The position numbers and the translations under genes are program-made. 64,000 bases of DNA from Antedon mediterranea (lineage: Eukaryota; Animalia; Echinodermata). Below the pieces are notes generated by a model, which was not told the origin of the DNA, did no database searches, and was given only the letters and a program-made list of their open reading frames with translations. This document shows positions 26,041 through 37,658 of the stretch, piece by piece. Each line of letters begins with the position of its first letter. The first letter of the stretch is position 1. The stretch covers positions 15,915,881 through 15,979,880 of the forward strand of contig NC_092678.1 of assembly GCF_964355755.1 (NCBI RefSeq). Direction: 5' to 3'.

Positions 26041-26495
26041 GTCAGTATTCTTTTCTGATTATGTATTCGTTATCTTTTCATGATTTTTGGTTATTTATTT
26101 GGTATTATGGTGTTTTTTTTAATAACATGCCACGTAACAACGAGGCTAGTTGAAAAAAGTCTATAACATTGAATCTTCACACAATGATGGTTCATAGTGG
26201 TAGTTGCATGAAAGTAATTGTAATCTTCCAAATATCTTATTAATAGTGCCATTCGGCCCAAGGTCCTAACTTACCTTCGTCTCAACAACATTTTTGTTTT
26301 AATGAAGTTCCTAAAAGCAGTAAATAAATAGATACAATACAAAAAGCCCCAAAAACCCTACAAAAAATTGTAAGCAATCTTTACATTCAGTGACCTGGTT
26401 TTTTTGTATTGACCTGTTCATGTGAATTTGTCTCTGCTATATCATGGACGTAATGCATTTGTTTACCATAGTATAAATAATGTGTTTTCTTACAG

Positions 26496-28540
26496 GATTA
26501 CTCTGGACAAGCCGGCCAAACCACTACATTCGAGGATCTACTTACATACATTAGCATCATTGGTTGCGTCATATCTATCATGTGCTTGGTATTTACGATT
26601 GTTACATTTACATATTTCAGGTAAGATAAAACAAGAAACTAAATTTGCATACATTACATCACTTGGCTAGTATTATGATTTAATTATTTTCTCTTTCACC
26701 ATTTCTAATCAAGTGTCTGTAAATGTACTCTAAGCCAATATACAGTATCACAATGATGTAAATGTGCATTGTACAGTAGGTTATCAAGAAATGTATTTAT
26801 TTCAGTTCCACAATAATATTATATTATATTATTCTCAGCAAGTTTAGAAGGTCTATAAAACATTTTTATACTTTTATATTAAACACACACTTAAAACTTC
26901 ATTTATAACAACGTGGTTTTATTATTTTTTTTTTTTATTTATCTAGAAAATTACGTGGAAAACGTCCCCAACGTATACTGGTCAATCTGTGTTTTTCTCT
27001 GATGTTACTATACACTACATTTGTGGTCGGTATTGGCTTAACATCGTGTCCCAATTGCTGCATCGTGGTAGCCATTCTTCTACATTACTTTGTTCTCACA
27101 ACACTTTTCTGGATGCTTGTCGAAGCTGTGAATATGTATCTGCAATTCGTTTTAGTGTTTTACGATGGAGTACGTTTTTTCGTGTTGAAGTCTGCTTTAG
27201 TTGGCTGGGGTAAGTAGATACGTTTAAGCTGCCGTACTATTAGTACTAAAGCATAGCGCCGTGCCAGTACGCATCCCCAACCCCAACCCCCCGGAGTAGT
27301 TCCTATATTGCTTCGTTTCGGACCTTATAGACTCTTCAGTAAGCTATCCTTCCTTCTTTATTTGCCTAAATATATTAATAACAAAAAAACAATACAAGAA
27401 TGTACATCGTAAAATAAATATCAATGTGTTGCTTATTTCTTTTTGAACAGTTCTTCCTATCATACCAATTACAATCATTGCTGCTGTGAAGTGTGAAGAA
27501 ACATATTCTAATGGAGATTAGTAAGTTTCTATGTATTGAGCAATTTCAAAAAAGTGCAAAACAAGGTTTCAGATAGGCCAACTGGTAGATCGCAGTCGTT
27601 GTAGGCCCATAGACAATTGCCGTAACAGTAGACTAATCCTAACCAGGAAAGGCTGAGACTTCTCCTTGTCCTTGCCTTACTATTGTTCATTCGGGACTGT
27701 TGTGACCCGAGTATTCAGCACTCTGTCTATCAACGATATTGGCTAAATAATTATTAAACTGTACGATTAAACTAGACATCTATTCAGTGAAAGACCAACA
27801 CTATTTGATTTACAGTACTTACAATTTACAACACATGCTGTTGAATCTGCAATAGCTCCATATTATTTAATACTAATGCAACTTGTAGTGCTAATATTGA
27901 TACTAGTACGGTATTTAAACGCATGCACTATTGACTACTATTCAGCAATAAGATAATCAATTATAAAATAGACTTAACAGTTTCACACATTATAAAGTTA
28001 TACTTTTACGCTTAAGTTTTGCTAAACGTTTATACTTCATGTATACAATCATTAACAGAAAATTTAACCTTGTTTTGCCCACTCAGTTGTTTTATGAAAC
28101 CTGGAAACCCGATATACTTCGGTTTGTTACTCATCTCATCTATCGTCCTCTTCATCAACATGGTCATGTTCGTATTAATTATTCGAGGACTGACTTGCCA
28201 ACGAACAGTAACGTCGTCAAAACTGAAGGATACAAGTAAAATGGACGAGCTGACTACACGCCTACGTCAAGCCATATCGATAATGATGTTGCTTGGCTTA
28301 ACGTGGATCTTCGGATATTTCTCCATTCAGTCTTCTGACGCAGTTCGTTTTTCGTTCCAATTGTTGTTCTGCGTATTCAATTCCCTACAAGGATTTGTTA
28401 TCTTTGTATTTCTCTGTATTCGTCGTAAGGATGTCCGAGATGCGTGGGCAAGTTGTTTCTACTGTCTACGGACCGAAGTTACTGGAAGCAGCACTGCCAT
28501 GTCAAATCCGCGACGTAGGATTGCAAATACCAAACTTTGA
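26496..28540 (+). pseudogene. aGPCR 7TM2 exons (26496-26620, 26947-27209, 27451-27520, 28087-28540)
   Basis: ISIIGCVISIMCL (TM1), ILVNLCFSL, LLHYFVLTTLFWMLVEAVNMY, GWVLP, LLGLTWIFG, FNSLQGFVIF: secretin/adhesion 7TM signatures; no lesions seen in these exons. Confidence 0.92.
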
Positions 28541-29300
28541 AACCACTTTAATACCAAAGTAGGCAAAAGTATTAGCACAAAACAAAGAAATCATGATTTA
28601 GAATTTTAGGAGATAATCCGAAATTGGTAAAGAACATTCGGCATCACCATCGTTATATTATTTTAATGGCAAAATATCTGACCCATCTCACATAAAAATA
28701 TCTGTACGAAATAAGTAATAGTAACCACCATACGCTAAAAAAGAGAATTTTTCGTCACAAGAAAGATGAGTTTATGTCGCATGAGGGCGGGCATTTATGT
28801 GAATGTGCGATTGCATTCTGGGTAGCGTGGGTAATTTATAGCTCGCTTAATACATTTGCGTTCTTTCTCTCATTGAACTCCTTTGAAGTAACACGTCTAA
28901 CGATTGTTGTCCCCGCCATTCTCCCCTGCTTCCGCCTTATATTTTCTTGTGCAGCGTGTGCGCCCAGAATATTTGTATTTCTATTCGATTAAGTGTATTA
29001 ATGTTATATGTTTGTTACAACTCTTTATATAACTTGTATATAATTTCAGTTTATTAGATATATTGATCTGGTACGCATGTATTTAATTTATTCAGTATAT
29101 TTTAATAGGGGCAGCCTTAAGTAAATGATTGTATTAAGCTATACCAATACCCTAACATATACTTGGTAGAGGGTGGCTGCCCCAGTATTACACGTTTTTA
29201 TATATATTTAATGTATACTTAAGTTCGTCATTTAATATTAAATGACAATTTCCATCCAGCTCAGTATTATCGTTTCCTTTTGTTGTCCGTTTCTTGCGTC

Positions 29301-29945
29301 ATAAAGGTAGATTTACACTAGGACGATAATGATCGACGATAAATAAAACAAAAGAAATATAAAACATTTTCATTCTAGAACTATAGAATAACCATCTATC
29401 CTTCCTTTGATTACCTCACTGAAAGAGATGTTGTTTCCAATTTTTAATCTTTTTATCTTTTCAATTTGTATATTTATGTACCGATCCCTTATTTTCATTT
29501 TGAGTCTTAAGATACTTTTTTATAAGCTTCTACACGTGTTTTACTTGGTGCAATATATTTTGTATTTCGATGTTTTTTTAAGGGCAACTGGCTCTTTGAG
29601 TTATAGTAATTGTTTTGCTTTAGTTGATCCTGACCTTTGTGCTCTGTTTCTATTCTGTTCTGTATCTGTGTATTGGTCGAATAAATAAATGAAATGATGA
29701 AAATGATATTTTCACACGTCCAATCAAATGACGTCACGAATAGTAAGAGCAATAATATTGTGACAATACAACGATTTTATTGTTTTTATTTATCATGACG
29801 TCATTTGATTGAAATTTTTTAAATATTGATATACAGCATACATTATTATCTTGTAGTTCTAGAACGAAAACCTTTCTAATTTCTTTTATTTTATGTAAAA
29901 AAATGCATGTATAGTTATCGTCAATCGTTATCGATGGGCCTTTAA
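29301..29945. mobile_element. Degenerate MITE-like element with inverted ends, enclosing a LINE-like 3' tail
   Basis: cgataatgatcgacgataa...ttctagaacta (29323-29385) is inverted at tagttctagaa...ttatcgtcaatcgttatcg (29854-29933). Confidence 0.4.
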
Positions 29946-30935
29946 ATTATATCGCAGTGTTTGTAACTTAAAGATTTACTTATTCATATACGGCCATCAA
30001 GTGGCATAATTCCTTATTATTTTTTTTTGGAAAATAAAATAATAGCAAGCGATACATTGCTTTTATTATCTCTTAAATTCTATAATAATTCTAATTATTT
30101 TTTTGAAACATAGGAAAACATAATAATATTATTACATTTTTTTAAGTGACTGAGTAAAAACAAAAAAACATCAGTAGCGGCTCATAGTTTACCCAGTAGT
30201 TTCGTTCTTTCCTGTTTTTACCCAAGAAAACAACAGACAATAGACACGGATGAATTCGTTCATTGTGTTGCTATCGTCACGATCAAAGGCATTCGATTCT
30301 GGAATTACAACGGCGAGCAATTACTTATTACTTGAATTTTACCAGTTTCTGAGAATTAAAGCTTTGGAATTGTTAATATCATTAATAATCAATTCCAGGT
30401 TGCTGCTCTCTGGAAGTAAGCTTTGTTATTCTTGAGGCTCTGTTAAGTATAATTATGGTGTCGGTGTTATCCGGATGGTGTTTAGTAGACAACCAGTGGG
30501 ACATATAGGTAGTATTTATTCATAGTTGGTATTTCTTTTGTTTGTTCGTTTGTTTGGTCCGCTTGAGTAAACTTGAATATTTTTAGTGGAGTGTAGAGGG
30601 TGTCCTTGAAGATGGAAATTATCTGTTTTGTTTGACTGTATGCTTTTTATTTGATTGTAGAGCACCACAAACAGTTTGAAAATAAACCAGAATAGAGAAA
30701 AACAATCGACATCTGAATCTTAGATGAAACGAACACATATATAAACTATAAGCGCTACGCAGTACTGTACTTAACGCAACATATGGCAATTAGTACTAGC
30801 GTTGCTTATAAAGCACGCTGAACAGTTCCAACATACTTGATAACCTTTATGTAAATTAGCTACTTCACAAAAGTACCTTATAAATGAATATGGTGGCTCA
30901 TTCAAATCACGTCGAATAGATTTAAAAGAAGAAAG

Positions 30936-33220
30936 ATGAAGCGCGCACGTACACAGAAATGCGTTATCGTCTGTATAATCACGTGTTTGTTCTTTGCATA
31001 TTTACTTACTAAAACAACATTTACTTCTTGGAGAAAGGACAAGAATAGTACATCAAAATTAACACTGTTCAGGTAAGTCGCAATTGACCTACACATTTTT
31101 AAATACCACCCGATTTTGTAGCTGTCAACAGATTGATTCTAACTGACAATTTCAAGTCAACTAGAAACGAGAATAGCTGTATCAAACTGTATTACATCTA
31201 TATATAGATTATGGTTAATTCTGACATAGGCGAGCACAATGCAAAAATTTCGGTACACATCTCCGCCTATGGATACCTACCTTATCTATCTCAGATGTAC
31301 CGTGAAACATAGATTTGATAACATTAGTTTTTACATCGACGCTATTGTTCCATATTTCTATCTTAGGAAGATATTAAAGGGTTTTATAAGAAATTTTCGG
31401 ATTTCAATCGGTAAGTTTTAACTCTACGCGCGGTAATTAATTTCCGGGTTCACGGTAAGGTAAGGTGTGTCAATCACCTAGCAAGTTCCCTGCATGGTTG
31501 GTTTCAACCAGGGAGTTGTAACCTGTTTCAACTAAGTTGGCCGTTTGTTTTTTTGTTTATTTTCGGACCGCGCGTGTGAAGGTATAATACTGTAGTACAT
31601 AAATATCAAATTAAATATATTCATAAAACATAGGAGTAAATTGTGGGAAAATAATTATATAAAATTACATCGAGAGAATTGATGATAAGAGCTTTTGTTT
31701 GAAATCGAATGAAACCCCGATAGCCGAGTTGTTGAGTAAGCTGCCAGGACTTTATGTATATATACTATGCGCTATCTGAGTCCTGTCAGGACCCTGGGAT
31801 ACTTCTGCCCATGTTGCAAGCCGTCTAAAACGTCTTCCTTCTTAGGCCTAAACGCTTTCGTTGGTTGGGTAGTTTAACTTTTATTTTTTATTTTATTTGA
31901 ACACTTGTCTATAAAAAATACTTTTAGGTTTATATTTGTTTAATATTTAAAAAAGCGTGTACTTGCATTTTAATAGTTCAATACATTTCTTTTTCACTGT
32001 AGTCTATCAAGTTTATAGACTATGTATTTGTTATTACATTCATAAGCTCTGATCAGAACCAGTTTAAACAACTGATTTGGTATTTGTACACTTTTTGAAA
32101 TAAGATATTATGTTAATTAATACTTTCTAATTGTGTGTTTCATTTCAGAGAAAATAGTTCTTCGAGAGAAACGCCTAATTCTAAGATGAATACTAACGGT
32201 GACAACATAACACAGGAGTGTAATGTAGTAAAGCACATTGTATTTGTAAAAACACACAAAACAGCAAGCACTACCATAGCTTCAATCTTTCAGCGGTTTG
32301 GTTATTCAAGAAATTTAACATTTGCTATCCCTCAGAAGGGACATACTTTTTCTGTCTTAGACTTATTCAAGCGTGAAATGGTATTTTCAGTTTCATCAGG
32401 AAATAAAATGCGTAAGCAACCATTAGATAGTTACCATCTCCTTACCAACCATGCAAGGTACAACCGTAAGGAAATGGATGCGGTCATACATCCTGCAATG
32501 TATGTCACAATCATTCGTAAACCAGTAGCAAACTTTGAATCGACTTTTGGATATTTTGATGCAGAAAAGCTGTTAAAAGTACCGCAAAATATAAATTCTT
32601 TAGAAATATTTTTTTTAAATCCAAATAAGTTTGTAGCGCGAACATTCTTTGGTTGGCAAAGAGCTAGAAACGGCCAGTTGTTTGACCTTGGGTTAAGTCA
32701 CGAAGACTATGACGATCAGGTCAAAGTTCAGAACAAAATCAAACATCTAGACTCGGAATTTGATTTAGTTCTTATCACAGAATACTTTGATGAATCTTTG
32801 ATATTATTGAAGAAGTTGATGTGTTGGAGTTTCGAAGATATTCTCTACGTTTCTAAAGGAATACGAAGTGCTAGTCATCGATACGCCCTCAACGATGAAC
32901 TTCAAGCAAAAATACGCGAATGGAACCATGCTGACGTCATGTTGTATAACCACTTTAATAAGACGTTTTGGAGAAAAATTAAAGAATATGGAGACAGTTT
33001 TCAAAAAGATCTTTCTGAATTCAGGAACAAACAGCGAACAGTGTTGAGTCATTGTGTTGATGACCGGAATGTCGATGATTCGGATAGACGAGAGAACAAG
33101 TTCATTCTGAAATCAGACGCAATTGTTCGCGTTTTTTGTAAAGCACTGCTAAGAGGTTATGTTGAATACACTCGATTTATTCGAAATACCATGGTTAATA
33201 GAGATATGGGTAGCTTGTAA
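30936..33220 (+). CDS. Galactose-3-O-sulfotransferase (GAL3ST/cerebroside sulfotransferase family), about 402 aa; exons 30936-31072 and 32149-33220
   Basis: Exon 1 MKRARTQKCVIVCIITCLFFAYLL (type II Golgi anchor), phase-2 intron gtaagt/tttcag; exon 2 has FVKTHKTASTT (5'-PSB), TIIRKPVANFESTFGY (3'-PB), FDLG, FDLVLITEYFDESLILLKKLMCW, WNHADVMLYNHFNKTFW; uninterrupted. Confidence 0.92.
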
Positions 33221-33844
33221 AGAATGTGATCAGCAGACAGTAGGTCACAATACCTGGATAGTCGATGACTGATGACTCTCAGTTAGATTGACAAAGAAAA
33301 AGTGACATTACACTCTATATCCCTCACTATACTTGAAACATGCAAGCCACCATTGTCAACATTATTGTATAAATAAGCAGACTACAGAGTAATAAAAGTC
33401 TTTTATTTATCTGAAACTTGATACATGTCGTGTTTGTGATAATTTGGATAGCATACCAGTAGGCCTATGCTTTGATTATACAGGAATTATACAACTAAAA
33501 TTAAGTAGGCCATTTGTTTGAGTTTGAGAATGAAACTAGATCTTGAAATCTAAGTTTTCTAGATCTAGAAAACTCGGATATATCTGAGATCTGAGTTTTC
33601 TAAACACCCATCTTATAGCATTTAATGATTTCTAGTAACCAGAAGTACAATCAGAAATGTGACCTATTGTAACAACAAAAAGTTTTACCTGAATTCTAGT
33701 ATATTTTATCGTTCAATAATATTTATCGAAACTACACCTTTACAGCGGTGGCGGCACACGTTCGTACAAGGTGTATTCTTAAAATACATAGACAAAAAAC
33801 AAAAATACCAAATCAATTAAAAAAAAAATAAATAAACCCACCGA

Positions 33845-33913
33845 CATAATAACATAATAACATAATAACAAGATTTGTATAGCGCACATACCACTCAAGA
33901 GTGCTCAAGGCGC
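33845..33913 (-). mobile_element. L2-type LINE/SINE 3' tail (related tail at about 9733-9791)
   Basis: Minus strand gcgccttgagcac...gtgcgctatacaaatc + short tandem tail. Confidence 0.5.
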
Positions 33914-34554
33914 ATAATACATGATCGCTGTCGGTCACTGAAATGTTCAAATTACAAAAATTAAGTAGTAATAACTAAACATAATATTTTGACAATAGCA
34001 ATAGTGAAGAACTAAAAATAATTCTATACATATAACAACAGTAAATAATATAATATAACTGAGAATAACAATTGAAAATATATACTGTACTGCCCTCTAT
34101 ACCACAACAAGACAAACATTAACGTGAAAATGACACAAAGAGCAAACTCCAGTTGCACTTTGTGTGCTCTTGTACTTGGCTAATATATTGAAATACGAGA
34201 AGTATTTGTACACACTGTACGATGAATGCTTCTACATACTGTGCATAGTTTATAGAAGTTTATAAAGACTACGGAGAATGTTGTTAGTTCAATATTTTAG
34301 AATAAATAACACTTTTTGTATGTCTATTGTGATTGTTATGGGAGTTCATTTTTCTCCGGCGTACTGCTTTTATTCGGTGCATATGCCTAAGGTTAATATT
34401 TCCTAGGTCTTTGTATTGCATATAAAGGATCGGATTGGCCTATATTTAAGTTAAAAGATCATGATTTTGTTAAAGTCTTTCTTCTCTTTGATTTCTAATT
34501 TTCACGCAATTTGGCCTGTATTTATTTTTGAAATAAAGAAAAATATATGTTTTA

Positions 34555-34760
34555 TATATTATAAACACATCAGGCACCGAACATGAATTTTAAGCCGCCC
34601 GGTGAAATACTAAATTGAATTAATTTTAAACGATAAAGATGAGGAGAATGAGAACGAGTCCGCCCCAACCGAGATTCGAACCAGGAACATTCAGCTTGAT
34701 ATGCAGATGTCATAACCATTATACCACTGGGACTTTCATGGTATTTTTCAAACTCGAATT
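34555..34760 (-). mobile_element. Second copy of tRNA-containing repeat
   Basis: Shares aaacgataaagatgagga, cccaaccgag..tcgaac, gcttgatatgcag, accactggg, tttcatggtat with 16400-16600. Confidence 0.65.
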
Positions 34761-36972
34761 ACTTTGATGAATACAAATCTCCTAATGTTCGTGTTTACAG
34801 TATATGCAATAAGTGACTAACAATGGCTAAATAACTTGGTAGCAATGGGTTGGCCTACGGCAAACAATTTAGAATCCGCAATTGTAAGACGTTTACAGTG
34901 CCATTATCGACGGAACAAAGTTCGGGACTAGTTTCCAATTTATGCATATTAATACCACTAGATTCTTAATGTAAGGAAGCTACACGTTTGTACGAGCAAA
35001 CTCGAGTTACCGGGTGTTGTATGCACTTTTTTCTTGGTTAATATTTTGAAATAAAAGAAGTATTTTTATGTGCGATTCGAAAAGTTCTTCCAACTGATGT
35101 TTCCAACATAACGAGGTATGTAATTCTTTTATTTGTTGGTATTACTTGGAAATATGTTTCGTCTGTCGAGTAGGTAATGTTCGATGGCTGCAATAAATGA
35201 GCTTGTTATAGTAATAATTACCGAATTAATACTAGACATACACCCCAAGTATAATTCCCGATAGTGTACATTAAATGAAATAACTGTTTTTTTTCTGAGT
35301 GTTTTACTTTATTGTTTTGATTGTAGGTTATTTTTTGTGTATGTCCATTGCCATTCATCCACTGATACAAATAGCACTGTCATTTTTCAGCTACTTGCCA
35401 TTGGATTTATATATTTTATATACATAGAAGAAAAAAATAGAATTCATAGTTTTATTTTTTATATAATTATTTCATGGTAATAGTACGTGTAGACCTAGAG
35501 ATTGAAAACAATTATAATTGTATTTTTTCTGAATATTATACCATTATTGCATGTAGTAATATTCTGAAGTACAGTACTACTTTAATTTTTAGCTAATATT
35601 AATGATATACTTTTGTAATATTTGACGAAATGAAATGCCATCTAAAAGGTGTCAAAATGATCGTATGGGCTATCACACTCGTTATGTTAGTCAACTTAAA
35701 TACTAAGAAACCTTAGACCCAAACAACGCCTAAATATATATTTTACTATAGTTACCCACATCTTTATCAGTTTAGATGTTGATGTATAACAAACTGTTAA
35801 CAAACGTTATTGTAAATTATATTTATTTTAGTTTCTCTCAAGTTATGTATTAATCCAAAGCCTAAAGCCTTATTCATATTGAAATAAATTGCTCGAGTAA
35901 GAAAAAGAGAAATGAACAATAAAACATGTATATTAAATATTGAAATAAGTTTCATTGTCCATTGTTGTTGTGCGCCACTCGAATAAACTCGACGGAAACA
36001 ATTTCAAACTTGGAAATAATATGATTTTTTGATAATATCAAACAGCAGTTTCACAATAATGACACGCACCCGCACATTCTTAGCAAACGGAGGGATATTA
36101 AACTACGCGTGCGTGCTAATTGCTCGAATTAACCGGCCACTGACCAATGAAAATGCGATGCGTTATTCTACTAATTTTCTTTAATTCAGTACCCCTAAAT
36201 TAAGTTCCTAGTTGTTATTTATTATTAGTTTGTGCATTCCAAACATCTTTCACCAGGTGTCATGTTTAGCAGGTACATTTTAGTCAATGATAATTTGCAT
36301 ATTCACGTACACGTTTTCCCATTCATTTGTGATAATATCTCAGTTGTATGGGGTTACCCGTTCCGGCGTTGATACTATATAGTCTGGTCTTGTACTGGAT
36401 TATGTGATGATGTAAGTTTATACAAATGAATATACACTGCAATGGAATCGGTGCAATACTTCTAGACATGTATCACATTATTATGCTGTTTTTGGACCCT
36501 CTTTGATTTAAAATGAATATTGGAATTCTATCTAAGATAAGCGTATGCAAGTCACTGTTTTTTTAATAGTTCGCGTAATACATCGTGTGATTGGTGGTCA
36601 AATTACTTAATCATTGCGTTTTTACTACGTGGCAATTAAGCTTTAAACTACTTTAATACGTTGTGTTACGTCGTTTTGATACATCCTAGTGGAAATCAAG
36701 GTTTGGATTCCACGCAGGCAGATTAAAAAAACAGTCTAGTTAAATTTGCTGATTCTGTTCTATATCATTTTTATTAGGATTTTCTCAACACCCCCCCCCC
36801 CCCGTTTCCCGGTTCAACATACAGGCAGACGATGACAATGTGTCGTGTACATTTCGTATTAAGTCTATTGAACAGTAGCGTGGTGCTAATTACTAAATAA
36901 ACAATCCTATCAGCATTATACCCATCGTCCTAAATGAATAGTACTGTAGCATATCGATCAATATTGCTTTTA

Positions 36973-37558
36973 TTTTTAGTCGCGTGGAAGCAACTCTATA
37001 GTTCACTATGTCGGTATGTCGGTATGTCGGTCTGTCGGTCTGTCGGTCTGTCGGTCTGTCGGTCTGTCGGTCTGTCGGTCTGTCGGTCCGGTATCACTAT
37101 GCGTTTTATCGCTTTCTGACCTTATCTTATTATCAGTTTAATCTAACTATATATTATGGCAATACAATTACGTGCGTAGCGCATGTAACGCATGCGTACG
37201 CGCGCTTAAAATTTTCAAAATTTATTTTCGATGAAATAAGAGTACGTTTCAGGCAATTTTAAGCGTTTACAACATTGCCATGAGTGCGCAGATTTTTGCG
37301 CACGCACTGCACGTTAATTGTTATTGCGCACTCTTTTTGCCCGATTTCTGTTTTCTTGACTTACTTTTCAACTCGAAATTACGTTATACGAGCACGTCAA
37401 AAGTGACAGGCTACGCACGTGTAAATTAAAAAAGTATAACTGTTTTTAAACATTTCAACATTTTTAAACATGTTCAGTCATTTCGGTCAGTTGGTAGGTT
37501 GGTCGGGCGGTCGGTAAACACTAAGCACGCGACTGCAGCCATCTATATGGCCTTGTTT
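36973..37558 (+). mobile_element. Helentron-associated/DINE-1-like non-autonomous element with (gtcggtct)n microsatellite
   Basis: T-run, subterminal IR agtcgcgtg...cacgcgact, internal microsatellite 37008-37092, 3' stem-loop gccat...atggc then ttgttt. Confidence 0.7.
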
Positions 37559-37658
37559 AAATAAGAATCTGTAGTATGTGCGCCTATTTCTCACTGTCGA
37601 ATTCATTGCTCATTTCTTCACGTCTTCTTGGATTATTCTTTTCAGATACCAGGTAATA

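Larger units (their letters stand above)
510..28540 (+). pseudogene. Adhesion GPCR (family B2) with YWTD beta-propeller, EGF, HormR, GAIN/GPS and 7TM2; probable pseudogene or null allele; 5' exon(s) outside window
   Basis: 14 GT-AG exons, phase-compatible once the exon-3 frameshift is allowed for: 510-749, 7971-8133, 8411-8542, 14677-14925, 18081-18206, 18746-18853, 20052-20158, 20757-20903, 25099-25620, 25888-26040, 26496-26620, 26947-27209, 27451-27520, 28087-28540. Lesions: frameshift near 8440-8449, TGA 18188-18190, TAA 25933-25935. Confidence 0.88.

Noticed and set aside
36934-37262. ORFs with VGLSVCRS repeats
   Set aside because: Translation of the (gtcggtct)n microsatellite.
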